Shown one piece after another: positions 37,011 to 49,726 of a stretch of DNA of 64,000 nt. The notes beneath the pieces are model-generated. The model worked only from the letters and a program-made list of their open reading frames with translations, was not told the DNA's origin and ran no database searches. The translations under genes and the position numbers were made by a program. Each line of letters opens with the position of its first letter. The stretch's first letter is position 1. This DNA comes from Octopus sinensis (Eukaryota), in NCBI RefSeq assembly GCF_006345805.1, contig NC_043020.1:5828001-5892000 (forward strand), written 5' to 3'.

Positions 37011-38620
37011 TTTCTGCAGATTTTCAGAGGTTAATGCTCCCGAGCATCTGCCAGGTGCAGATTTTCAGAGGTTAATGCTCCCGAGCATCTGCCATATTTA
37101 TTTATATATATGTGTATATATATATATACATGTGTATATATGTATTTATATATATGTACATATCATCATCATCATTATTTAACATCCGTTTTCCATGCTG
37201 GCATGGGTTGGACAGTTTGACTGAGGACTGGCAAGCCAGGAGCCTGTACCAGGCCCCAATCTGATCTGGCACAGTGTCTACAGCTGGATGCTTTTCCTAA
37301 CGCCAACCACTCTGAGAGTGTAGTGGGTACTTTTTACGTATCACCGGCACTGGAGCCAGTCAGGCAGTACTGGCATCAACCATGCTCGAATAGTGCTTTT
37401 TATGTGCCACCGGCACTGAAGCCAGTCAGGCAGCACTGGCAACTACCATGCTCAAATGGTGCTTTTTACAATCTATATCTATGAAAATATGTCCGTGAAG
37501 AGGCTTTTTGCATTAATGCTGACATGTAAGTAATTTATCATTAAATATGATAATATAAATTATTTACATGTTTTTCAGTTATGAAACAATTTGTTGTGAT
37601 ATTAGGATTTCTCTTATTGCTAAATAAAACTCCATCCAAACACTTCTGTCCTTTATAACTTTATAAATATTTAAATAATTTGTTTTGTGTCTATTCTTCT
37701 ATGTCAGCATGGGCTAAGTATATTATTGAAGCATTGTCTTACAGCTAGACACCCTTCCTGACACCTAACCTTCATTTTGTTTTACATACCAAGAAATGCA
37801 ATGCGCCAACGTGGGTGTACAGTTATATAGGTTATCATTACATGTGTGTAGTGTGTACATATGTATGTATATATATATGTTTGTATGTTTATCTAAAGAG
37901 AGAGAGAGAGAGAGAAACACACATACAAAGGAACAGTTAGTTGAATAGAGGAAAGAAAGAGAGATAGAGAGATATCAGATGATACATACACACATAATAG
38001 ATAAGTAAAGAGATAGGTATACATCTCATCTATCAACCTACCTGTTTGTTTATTTATCTACCTGTCTATTTCTATATCCATAAACCTTTTATATATCCTT
38101 AAACTTTTACTTCAACAAACCTTTAAAACTTTTATTTCCACAAAACTATTAACAAAGGATTAAGCCTCAAACCACTTTGTAACCTGTTACTTTTTATTAT
38201 ATTTTATTTTGTTTTTTTTTTAATTTTATTTTATTTTACCTTCTTTCTTTACCTTCCTAACTTCTGCTATCGGCGTTACCATGCTATCTTACTATATATA
38301 TATATTTGTGCGTGTATGTATAGAGTCCTGTAACCTAATAATTTGAGTGTTGCACTCCTGATCATGGCATTGCAGTTTTGATTTCCAGACCCTCTACAAT
38401 GCAAGGAAGCGCATTGTGATCAGTGGTGTCTAATAGTATCCAATAGTCTGGTTGATGCAGTGATACCATCACACACACACACACATTCATATATACATAT
38501 ACACATACAGGTGCAAGCATCGACTGTGTGTTAAGAAGTTTTCTTCCCAACCAGGTTGATCTAATTGACTGGCCCCATTCCAAAAATGTGCCTTGTGCCT
38601 GGAGTTGAAAAGAATATTTA

Positions 38621-39268
38621 AGGCGGTGAGCCGGCAGAAACGTTAGCACGTCGGGCGAAATACTTAGCGGTATTTTGTCTGCCGTTACGTTCTGAGTTCA
38701 AATTCCGCCGAGGTCGACTTTGCCTTTCATCCTTTCGGGGTCAATAAATTAAGTACCAGTTACGCACTGGGATCAATATAATCGACTTAATCCGTTTGGC
38801 TATCCTTGTTTGTCCTCTCTGTGTTTAGCCCCTTGTGGGTAGTAAAGAAATAGGTATTTCGTCTGCCGTTACATTCTGAGTTCAAATTCCGCCGAGGTTG
38901 ACTTTGCCTTTCATCCTTTCAGGGTCGATAAATTAAGTACCAGTTACACACTGGGGTCAATATAATCGACTTAATCTGTTTGTCCGTCCTTGTTTGTCTT
39001 CTCTGTGTTTAGCCCCTTGTGGTTAGTAAAGAAATAGGTATTTCATCTGCCGTTATGTTCTGAGTTCAAATTCTGCCGAGGTCGACTTTGCCTTTCATCC
39101 TTTCGGGGGTCAATGAAATAAGTACCAGTTACGCACTGGGGTCGATATAATCGACTTAATCTGTTTGTCTGTCCTTGTTTGTCCCCTCTGTGTTTAGCCC
39201 CTTGTGGGTAGTAAAGAAATAAGTATTTCGTCTGTTTTAACATTCTGAGTTTAAATTCCGCCGAAACT
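38621..39268 (+). mobile_element. SINE family B with one head and a 184-185-bp body repeated 3 times plus a partial unit
   Basis: Body starts (gtattt) at 38670, 38854, 39038 and 39223. Confidence 0.88.
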
Positions 39269-40080
39269 GACTGGCCCTCCCTCCCTCCGCAAAAATTTCA
39301 GGCCTTGTGCCTAGAGTATAAAAGAATGCCCACTTGACTCAGTTTTTCATGCCAAAGGCGCCCCTGGCTATTTTTCTCAGTCAGTTTTCTTCAGACGTAC
39401 ACAGCCAGAGTGTGCATGGGATTGTCAGCTTGAATACGACATTAAGAACATTCTTTCTAGTTTACAGTTGCGTAGGTGGTGGTGGTGGTGGTGGTGGTGG
39501 GGGATATATTTCAAAAGTCTGTGTATATATGTATGTGTCTTCGTTTGTGTGTGCATGTATATATGTGTGTATATATACACATGCATGTGTATATGTGTGT
39601 ATCATTTCAAATTACATTCGTTTACTTTCGTACATGTACTCTGTACGGTTTTGTTTGCTCGAGCCCTAATTCTCTACAAATTTTGTGGGTGCTGCCGATA
39701 TACAAAGTCCTCAGTCTTATTGTCGAAGGCATGAAACTGAGTATTAATATTTTGGTCGATAACTGATGAAGAATTAGGGTCCTTCTGTGTCCTACGTGTA
39801 CATTTTGTAGTATTTAATGCATTTTTCATCTATATATATACATGCACATGTGTATATGTATATAGATCCACACACACACATATATGTATGTATATATATA
39901 TATATATATATACAAACACACATGCATACACACACATATATATATATAGAGAATTTAGAGACAAACCGCTATTTAGTTATTCAATCAATACTGTAACGAT
40001 ATTATCTATAATACCTACATAGAAATTAATTAGATATATTATAATTATTAATCTAAATTCACAAAACAAATTAATCATAT

Positions 40081-40130
<50 letters not shown>

Positions 40131-40315
40131 ATAAGGAAAACTATAATTGTCAGTAAATATAATTACGGTATTAGAACACCTACATTGCAAAAAACAAGAG
40201 CTAAAACCCCTAATACTATATAGTTAAAGCACATAATTGTGTGTATTATTGTTATTGGTGGTGCTGGTGATTATGGTTAAAAACTGTTGTTGGTTAAACA
40301 ATGAGACTAGTTTGG

Positions 40316-40385
<70 letters not shown>

Positions 40386-41558
40386 CTTGTACAAAAGAAT
40401 TAAAGATCCAGCCCATCACATAACCCTCCCACCAACCACCCAACTACTGCCCTAAATGTATTCTTGCCTCAGCCAGCTTTCCAGAACATTCCAGTCACAA
40501 TAGAAAGAAAATAAGATAGGAATTAGCCAGTTGTGAGTGGGAGATGGTGATTGTGGTGGTGGTGGTGTTGTTGGTGGTGATGGTGGTCATGATGATGGTG
40601 GTGGTGGTGGTGGTATTATTATTGGTTGAGGTTAAAAACTGTTGTTGGTTAAACAATGAGACTAGTTTTGTTTAAATCTAAGTAAATATATATAAAAAGA
40701 AACACATAAAAGGAACCTGAAGTAAATAAAAAAAAATAAAGCAAGCGGTCTCCATTGTAATGTCCTTCTGTCTTCCTCTCTTTACCTTTGTCTTTAAAAG
40801 GGTTGTATGAAGGTGTAAGAAAACATACAGGTATGCAAAGGCTGGCCCTTTTTTCTGTTAATTATTACCATACCTGTCATGTATGTGTAGGTGTGTGTGT
40901 ATGTATGTATGTATAAGACATTGTTTGTATAAACAAGTGTTCATGTATGTATATGTGTGTGTATATATGTAGATAGATATGTAAAGATTGAGATTCAAGG
41001 ACCAAGGTGTAGTTAAAGAATTAAAATTTCTCTCTCGGGCCAGGTAAACTTGTACTTCCACTACAGCAACACACCTGTTTATGTCTTTCTGTCTCGCTAT
41101 AAACCTTTCATCATCTGACACAAGGTCACCTCCTCCACTGCTCCCTCTCCTCTTGAAGGTTTTTTTTGTTTTGCAAGTTACCTGGTGACCCTGTCAGTAC
41201 AGGTGCCACTTAAAAGCATCCAGTCCTCACTGCAAAGTGGTTGGTAGTTGGAAGGGCATCTGGCTGTGAAACCCTTGCCAAAACTGACCTCACCTTTTAC
41301 TTGTGCCATGTAAAAAGTACTCAGTCCACTCTATGGAATGGTTGGTGTTAGAATGGGCATCTAACCATTAAAAACCATACCAAAACAGACACAGAAGTTT
41401 GGTGCAGGCTTCTACCTGGCCAGCATGGAGGGCAAATGTTAAATGATGATGAGGATGATGAATCTGTTCTGAAGTTGAATAAGCAGTGAGAATTGACAAC
41501 GGTAGTGGGTCCTGTGGAAATTCCATGGTGTAATTCAGCATGTTTGAAAACCTGTTAA

Positions 41559-42324
41559 TCTCTCTCTATATAAATGGCAGTTTGTCTGTGTGTCTGTCAG
41601 GTTGTACCCTCACCCTGACCACGGCTTTCAACCGATTCTGATGAAACTTGACACACACATAGCCCAATGTCATAATTCAAAACTAACGCAGCGAAAATTT
41701 TGAAAAGTTCCCCCAGTTCTGAAAAAAATCGATAAATTCGACATGAGGTTGAGAATCAGAAACACAAACCACAGACTGTCTAGGGGACGCAACTCGACCT
41801 TTTTTACTCTCAAAAAAAATTTACCATAATTTTTTTTCCACTTTTTTGCTATTTTTTGGCTATAACTCTAAAAATGCTTTATAGTTATTTCCCTTACAAA
41901 CCCGAGCAACGCCGGGCGATACTGCTAGTCTATATATATAAAAGTGAAGTTGTGTGAGTGTCTGTCTCCTACGATTTAGATTCCTAACTACTCCCACATT
42001 TTGCGGTGCAGTTTAACCAAATTCGGGTATCTTATAGTCGTTATTCATATCGAGCCCTTCTGGGTATTAGCGCAAGTCTACGATGAGTCTACGATTTTAA
42101 AAATAATTTACCATCATTTTTTTCCATTTTAACGCATATTTTTTAAATAAAGGGAAGTAACTCTCTAAAAATGTCTACGATGAGTCAACGATTTAAAAAA
42201 AAATTTACCATAATTTTCTTTCCATTTTTAATGCATTTTTTGCTATTTTTTGGCTATAACTCTCTAAAAATGCTTTATAGTTATTTCCCTTACAAACCCG
42301 AGCAACGCCGGGCGATACTGCTAG
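41559..42324 (+). mobile_element. Two head-to-tail non-autonomous Helitrons (41559-41928 and 41929-42324)
   Basis: A|TC start; each unit ends with the hairpin cccgagcaacgccggg, then cgatactgCTAG. The second unit starts with TC directly after the first CTAG, and a T follows the final CTAG. Confidence 0.9.
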
Positions 42325-42639
42325 TATACTATACAAAAGCAAAGGATTTCAAAAAATCCTTTTGAAATCCTGCCATTTAATCAAAACTATACTTGTAAAT
42401 ATAATTGAAATGAACTTAGAAGATATTCTCTCTTTTCACTTGTTTCAGTCATTTGACTGTAGCCATGCTGGAGCACCACCTTTTTAGTCGAGCAAATCGA
42501 CCCCAGGACTTATTCTTTGTAAGGCTAGTACTTATTCTATCGGTCTCTTTTGCCGAATCGCTAAGTTACGGGGACGTAAACACACCAGCATCGGTTGTCA
42601 AGCGATGTTGGGAGGACAAACAAAGACACACAAACACAT

Positions 42640-42682
<43 letters not shown>

Positions 42683-43338
42683 TATATATATATATATATA
42701 TATATACATATATACGACGGGCTTCTTTCAGTTTCCGTCTACCAAATCCACTCTCAAGGCTTTGGTCGGCCTGAGGCTATAGTAGAAGACACTTGCCCAA
42801 GGTGCCACGTAGTGGGACTGAACCCAGAACCATGTGGTTGGGAAGCAAGCTCCTTACCACACAGCCACTCCTGATACATTTATACGATGGGATTCTTTCA
42901 GTTTCCGTCTACCAAATCCACTCACAAGGCTTTGGTCGGCCCGAGGCTATAGTAGAAGACACTTGCCCAAGGTGCCACGTGGTGGGATTGAACCCTGAAC
43001 CATGTGGTTGGGAAGCAAGCTACTTACCACACAGCCACTCCTACGCTTGTTTATTGTTTATTTACCTTCTGTTGAACCTTTAGAATTTTAACCAACCATA
43101 TCCAGCTCAATCATTCTATTTGTTACATACTCAAACCAGCCAGATCCGGTTTCTCATGCTTACCCTACAATGTCATTCTAAGAACAAGCTATTACATCAT
43201 CAAAATCCCCGAAGCTATAAGATAACGAACAAACAAACATTACATTTGACCAGGTAATCTGATATTCTAAATGTTAATGGATTAATATGTTTGTTGACCG
43301 ATATGCTGTACTTTATAGTTTAAGGAAATAGATCATGC

Positions 43339-43375
<37 letters not shown>

Positions 43376-43424
43376 AAACAAGTCAAAAATAGAAAATGCT
43401 AAAATAATTTTATAGTGAACATTT

Positions 43425-43462
43425 CAGTACCGGTTTCGGTCATTTTGAGACCTTTTCAACTG
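43425..43462 (-). ncRNA. Minimal type I hammerhead-like motif, U3-A8 core variant
   Basis: Minus strand: cag TTGAAAA ggtc-tcaaaat-gacc GAAA ccgg TA ctg; 4-bp stem II, palindromic stem III, GUA triplet. Confidence 0.6.
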
Positions 43463-43829
43463 TAACGATTAAATAATTAAATTTAGAAAAATTAGAAGAA
43501 AAGTTTTTTTAAAGGAATATTTCTATAGTAGTGTTCAGATATAAGTAGCATTCTGCCTTTCTCTGACTCCCTTGTTTGCACTACATATAGGTAATCCAAA
43601 CATGAAAACACAAAGAGAAAACACAACAACGCAAGGACGTGGGTTTATTATTTACAATTTTTATTACATGTTTACAAAACTAAGTAAATAAATATGATTA
43701 AGGCGTATACATAGGAAAAAGCATGTCCTTACTCACTGAATTAGATACAAACATTCTACATTATGAACAGGACTTTACAAACTGCATATGATGTGTGTGT
43801 GTATAATATATATATATTTTTTAATGAAT

Positions 43830-44073
43830 AAATGAAAGAATGGAGTCGAACGAAGATTTTAACAAAATTCCTTTACTTTCAACACATGTTTCGAACATAT
43901 GAACACCATGTAGGAAGCCATAAAAACGTTTTTGTCCGTCTTGAGGCTGATAAAGGTTCCTTGTCTTTCCTGATGAGAAGACGGCATAATGCACCCTTTA
44001 TGCAGTCTTCGAAACATATGTTGAAAGTAAAGGAATTTTGTTAAAATCTTCGTTCGACTCCATTCTTTCATTT
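43830..44073. mobile_element. Fold-back element (about 66-bp arms, 1 mismatch) containing a hammerhead; Penelope pLTR-like
   Basis: aaatgaaagaatggagtcgaacgaag..catgtttcgaa is the reverse complement of ttcgaaacatatg..ctttcattt; lies between TA-rich tracts. Confidence 0.75.
43965..44027 (+). ncRNA. Type I hammerhead ribozyme motif with extended stem II
   Basis: ctttc CTGATGA gaagac-g-gcata..tatgc-a-gtcttc GAAA catatg T T gaaag: stem I ctttc/gaaag, canonical core, palindromic stem III, GUU triplet. Confidence 0.75.
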
Positions 44074-44274
44074 CTTCTTTTTAAAAAATACACAAATTAC
44101 CACACAAGAACACGGGGTTTCTACCCTTGGCATGTAGCTACAACCGTGTTTTCTGACGTGAATTTGCTACCCAGGTATCGATTAACCGAATTATCAATAC
44201 TAGGATAATTCATTCACCTACTTAAATATATATATATATGTATATATATATATATGTGTATATATATATATGTG

Positions 44275-44322
<48 letters not shown>

Positions 44323-44843
44323 ATATATGTATATATGTATATATATAGATATATATATATATATATATATACTTAGAAATACAAAACAGGAACTGATTAA
44401 ATTGTAACGACTATTGTATGTGAACATACAAAATACTTTACAAAGTATGTCTGTCTGTCTGTCTATTCTCATTATACTGATGAGCATTAAAACCTAATTA
44501 CGAAAAGAAAAGGAATTCATAATGGCAGTGCCCCAGCATGGCCACAGCCATTGATTGGTCTGGAACATATAAAAGGTAAAAGTGTAACGTCCACAGCTTT
44601 TTGCTAAGATTGTTTCACTTTGATTTAACTTTTCTTTTCTTGTTTTACTTGTTTCAGTCATTTGACTGCGGCCATGCTGGAGCACCGCCTTTAATCGAGC
44701 AAATCGACCCCGGGACTTATTCTTTGTAAGCCTAGTGCTTATTCTATCGGCCTCTTTTGCCGGACCACTAAGTTACGGGGACGCAAACACACCAACATCA
44801 GTTGGTCAAGTGATGGTGGGGAGAGGGGTACAAACACACACAC

Positions 44844-44880
<37 letters not shown>

Positions 44881-44939
44881 CACACACACACACACATATA
44901 TATATAATATATATATATACCACACACACACACACATAC

Positions 44940-44971
<32 letters not shown>

Positions 44972-45206
44972 CACACACACACATATATATATATATATAA
45001 ACATACATCACAGGCTTCTTTCAGTTTCTGTCTACCAAATTTACTCACAAGTCTTGAGGCTATAGAAGAAGACACTTGCCCAAGGTGCCACACAGTGGGA
45101 TTGAACCCTGAACCATGTGGTTGGGAAGCAAGCTACTTACTCCGACCTAATCCAATCTTGCTATACATTAAAATTTATTTTACATCACTCTTCTTTTTTC
45201 TTTCAG

Positions 45207-45329
45207 GCTGTGTAGACTGAGTGCATCCTTGACCAACTGAGTGCAGCTTTCACCAGCAGAGTGTAGCCTTGACCAACAGAGTGCAGCTTTCACCTACAGT
45301 GGGGTAACTTCACTCAGGAAAAAAAAACC
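45207..45329 (+). other. 5' UTR part of the first coding exon of the IRAK-like gene, containing four 20-bp tandem units
   Basis: Acceptor ttttctttcAG (45205-45206); in-frame TGA at 45270-45272 upstream of ATG 45330; repeat units at 45219-45298. Confidence 0.6.
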
Positions 45330-45508
45330 ATGCATCGCAACATTTCAGTCAACGAAGACACTTTATTACGCGTCTTACCTATCTCTGTAACCCGACATTT
45401 ATCAAACCTCCTTGACCCTAACGATGTATGGGAATTACTTCTAGAGAATATACCACTCCATATTGACCAACAGAACTCACCACCTCGATACACAGCACAA
45501 AATGCACA
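45330..45508 (+). CDS. IRAK4: IRAK4/Pelle/Tube-family protein, coding exon 1 (death domain N-half)
   Basis: MHRNISVNEDTLLRVLPISVTRHLSNLLDPNDVWELL..PPRYTAQNAQ parallels the IRAK4 death domain (YVRCLNVGLIRKLSDFIDPQEGWKKL..DRYNQ). Donor CA|GTATGT, phase 2. Confidence 0.85.
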
Positions 45509-45617
45509 GTATGTAGTTTTAGTTCCTTCATTTTGTTTTATTTTATTATTTGTCTTTTTGTTTTTGGTGTCAGTTGTTGGTTTATGGTCATGCTGGGGCA
45601 CCACTTGTAGTTATTTT

Positions 45618-46523
45618 GGAGTGTCCAGTTAGGAGAGTCCAGTTTGCTGGACATTGTTGTAGAGCTGAAAACGAAGCAATTTCTACTCTTCTCCTCTGGA
45701 AGCCATCTACTCGCGATACCAGTGGGTGCACACTCTCCTACCTTGATGTAATCTCCAGGGATACAGGCATCCAGCAACAGGACCTCCGTAATGCTATGAT
45801 GGACCGTGAGGTCAGGCGTAGCATGGTAAATTCCATTGTCTCTTGTGAAGGGTAGGAGAGTCCAGTTTGCTGGACATTGTTGTAGAGCTGAAAACGAAGC
45901 AATTTCTACTCTTCTCCTCTGGAAGCCATCTACTCGCGATACCAGTGGGTGCACACTCTCCTACCTTGATGTAATCTCCAGGGATACAGGCATCCAGCAA
46001 CAGGACCTCCGTAATGCTATGATGGACCGTGAGGTCAGGCGTAGCATGGTAAATTCCATTGTCTCTTGTGAAGGGTAGGAGAGTCCAGTTTGCTGGACAT
46101 TGTTGTAGAGCTGAAAACGAAGCAATTTCTACTCTTCTCCTCTGGAAGCCATCTACTCGCGATACCAGAGGGTGCACACTCTCCTACCCTGATGTAATCT
46201 CCAGGGATACAGGCATCCAGCAACAGGACCTCCGTAATGCTATGATGAACCGTGAGGTCAGGCGTAGCATGGTAAATTCCATTGTCTCTTGTGAAGGGTA
46301 GGAGAGTCCAGTTTGCTGGACATTGTTGTAGAGCTGAAAACGAAGCAATTTCTACTCTTCTCCTCTGGAAGCCATCTACTCGCGATACCAGTGGGTGCAC
46401 ACTCTCCTACCCTGATGTAATCTCCAGGGATACAGGCATCCAGCAACAGGACCTCCGTAATGCTATGATGGACCGTGAAGTCTGGCGTAGCATAGTAAAT
46501 TCCATTGTCTCGACCACGGTCGA
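45618..46523 (+). mobile_element. Intronic RTE LINE 3' end present as four tandem 223-bp copies within a single 12-bp TSD
   Basis: Units start at 45631, 45854, 46077 and 46300 and encode RRVQFAGHCCRAE..LLLWKP..DLRNAMMDREVWR. tgtagttatttt lies at 45606-45617 and 46524-46535. Confidence 0.88.
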
Positions 46524-46971
46524 TGTAGTTATTTTATTATTCTCCGTTTATTGAATGGCTGTTTTATTTTTAGACACCAAAGTACACAGCATGATACTCT
46601 ACCATACACAGACTCTCACACACACATACACAAAAAGCTCAAGTGTGGCCCACGAAGGAGTATTACTCACATGTCTGGTACAGTGCTCTAGTTCACACAG
46701 ACACTCACACACACTTCAGACTGATACTTATTCTATTGGTCTCTTTCGCCAAACTGCTAAATTACAAGGACACAAACAAACCAACACTGGTTGTCTAGCA
46801 GTGGTAGGAAGAACAAACACACACACACACAAACAACAGGCTTCAATCTACCAAGTAGGGCATTGATCAACCAAAAGACACTTTCCCAATGTGCCTTGCA
46901 GTGGGATTGAACCCCCAAACCTCGTGGTGGCAAAGCAGGGTTCTTAACGAATCAGTATGCCTGTACCTATA

Positions 46972-47179
46972 CTCTTTACTCTTTTACTTGTTTCAGTCAT
47001 TTGACTGCGGCCATGCTGGAGCACCACCTTCAGTCGAGCAAATCGACCCCGGGACTTATTCTTTGTAAGCCCAGTACTTATTCTATCGGTCTCTTTTGCC
47101 GAACCGCTAAGTGACGGAGACGCAAACACACTAGCATCGGTTGTCAAGCAATGCTAGGGGGACAAACACAGGCACACAA

Positions 47180-47224
<45 letters not shown>

Positions 47225-47390
47225 TACGACAGGCTTCTTTCAGTTTCCGTCTACCAAATCCACTCACAAGGCATTGGTCGGCCCGGGGCTATAGCAGAAG
47301 ACACTTGCCCAAGATGCCACGCAGTGGGACTGAACCCGGAACCATGTGGTTGGTTAGCAAGCTACTTACCACACAGCCACTCCTGCGCCT
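46972..47390 (-). mobile_element. SINE family A, full length
   Basis: Complete head and (GAGTAAAA) tail. Confidence 0.9.
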
Positions 47391-47527
47391 ATTTTATTTT
47401 TGTTTTTCTTTTTAATATGTTCCAAAGTTAGGTTTAGGGTTTACAAATTATGTTCATAAGTAGTTTCAAATTTATTAAGCTCATTAATGTGTTTATTTCT
47501 CTCTTTTTTGTTTTTCTTTTTTGTCAG

Positions 47528-47688
47528 GAACATTCAAGATCGAAGTCGACGTACAGGTAAAAGTCCCACCCGGATTATTCTAGAAGACTGGGGCATGCAA
47601 AACCCTCGAATTAAGCACTTAATGAAGGCCCTCCTGGATTCCGATCTTGTTGCTGCTGCAGACTATGTCGCCGTTGATGTTCTAAAGG
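47528..47688 (+). CDS. IRAK4: IRAK-like coding exon 2 (death domain C-half)
   Basis: Acceptor ttttgtcAG, phase 2 joins in frame. NIQDRSRRTGKSPTRIILEDWGMQNPRIKHLMKALL matches IRAK4 LQTGKSPTSELLFDWGTTN. Donor G|GTAAGA, phase 1. Confidence 0.92.
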
Positions 47689-47789
47689 GTAAGAATCTAG
47701 TAATAATAAAACTTTATTATTTTCTTCATTTATTACTTCCAGCATGAGGGCTGTGGCCATGCTGGGGCACCACCATTATTAGCTTTGTC

Positions 47790-48010
47790 AAACTTTCACT
47801 ATTTGAAACCTCTTCTGATATGTGGCATTTGGTGAATGAGGGCACTTGATGCTGCTGTCTTCATCTGCATTTCTTGCTGCGAGATAGGCTCATCCGGAAC
47901 TCTTGATGGGAGGAGATCCAGTTTTGTTTTGAAAATGCCTACATCCACTCCATGTAGGTCTCTGAGGCTTTGTGGGAGGATACTGAAGAGCTGTGGACTC
48001 TTGAAGATGA
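47790..48010 (-). mobile_element. CR1/L2-group LINE extreme 3' RT fragment
   Basis: SPQLFSILPQSLRDLHGVDVGIFKTKLDLLPSRVPDEP resembles the terminal LFN.LP..FK..LD motif. Confidence 0.65.
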
Positions 48011-49673
48011 TAGCAATAATAATGATGATGGTTTTAAATTTTGCCACCAGGGCAGCAATTTTGGGGGAGGGGATAAGTCGATTATATTGACCCCAGTGTA
48101 TAACGGGTACTTATTTTATCGACCCCAAAAGGATGAAAAGCAAAGTTGACCTCAGTGGAATTTGAACTCGGAACAGACTGATGGGCAAAATACTGCTAAG
48201 CATTTCATCCGGCATGCTAACAGTTCTGCCAGCTCGTTGCCTCAGCAATAATGGTTTCAAATTTTGCCACAAGGGCAGCTATTTTGGGGGGGTGGGGGAA
48301 AGTCGATTACATCGACATCAGTGCATAACTGGTACCTATTTTATCGACCCCGAAAGGATGAAAGGCAAAGTTGATCTCGGTGGAATTTGAACTCAGAACG
48401 TAACGGCAGACGAAATACCGCTAAGCATTTTGTCCAGCGTGCTAACGATTCTGCCAGCTTACCACCTTTATAATAATAATAATAATAATAATCCTTTCTG
48501 CTATAGGCACAAGGCCTGAAATTTGTGGGGAAGGGGTAAGTCGATCACATCGACCCCAGTGCGTAACTGGTACTTATTTAATCGACCTCGAAAGGATGAA
48601 AGGCAAAGCCGACCTCAGTGGAATTTGAACTCAGGACGTAAAGACAGACAAAATGCCACTAAACATTTCGCCCAGCATGCTAACCATTCTGCCAGCTCAC
48701 CGCCTTTGCAATAATAATAATAATAATAACAATACAACACCACCAATAAAAATAGACATGGCTGTGTGGTTATGTAGTTTGCTTTGCAACTCTGGTTTTG
48801 GGTTCAATCTCACTTCTAAGCATCTTGAGCAAGTGTTTTCTATTGCATACTCTCTTTTACTCTTTTACTTGTTTCAGTCATTTGACTGTGGCCATGCTGG
48901 AGTACCGCCTTTAGTCGAGCAAATCGACCCCGGGACTTATTCTTTGTAAGCCCAGTACTTATTCTATCGGTCTCTTTTGCCGAACCGCTAAGTGACGGGG
49001 ACGTAAACACACCAACATCGGTTGTCAAGCAATGCTAGGGGGCCAAACACAGACACACAAACACACACACACATACATATATATGTATACATATATACGA
49101 CAGGCTTCTTTCAGTTTCCATCTACCAAATCCACTCACAAGGCATTGGTCAGGGGCTATAGCAGAAAACACTTGCCCGAGGTGCCACGCAGTGGGACTGA
49201 ACTCGGAACCATGTGGTTGGTTAGCAAGCTGCTTACCACACAGCATATCTATTTTTAATGCTGTTTTAGGTTTAGACTTCAGCTGTTCAAAAAAAATTTC
49301 ATCCAATTTCTTGTACAAATTTCGTTGCTATGGTGATAATAGACCTGACGTGTTTTGTACAATCGTAATGAGCGAACGCGTGTAACAGCTTTTCCTTCTA
49401 ACCCAGAAACATAACGAGCAACGTTAATAATTGCCTGATTAACCCTTTTTGCGATGGTATTTCTGTTGAAATACTTTACTTACTTTTTTTTACTTGTTTC
49501 AATCATTTGACTGTGGCCATGCTGGAGCACCGCTTTTAGTCGAGCAAATCGACCCCAGGACTTATTCTTTGTAAGCCCAGTACTTATTCTATCGGTTTCT
49601 TTTGCTGAACCGCTAAGTGACGGGGACATAAACACACCAGCATCAGGGGGACAAACACATACACACAAACACA

Positions 49674-49726
<53 letters not shown>

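Noticed and set aside
38621-39268. Regularly spaced repeats as a CRISPR-like array (also 45631-46510)
   Set aside because: Units are full tandem duplicates with no unique spacers; eukaryotic context, no cas genes.
44476-44515. CTGATGAg..cGAAA possible hammerhead
   Set aside because: Stem II is poor and stems I and III are absent.
45538-46446. Repeated 121-138-aa minus-strand ORFs (MHPLVSRVDG..)
   Set aside because: Antisense frames of the tandem RTE fragment.
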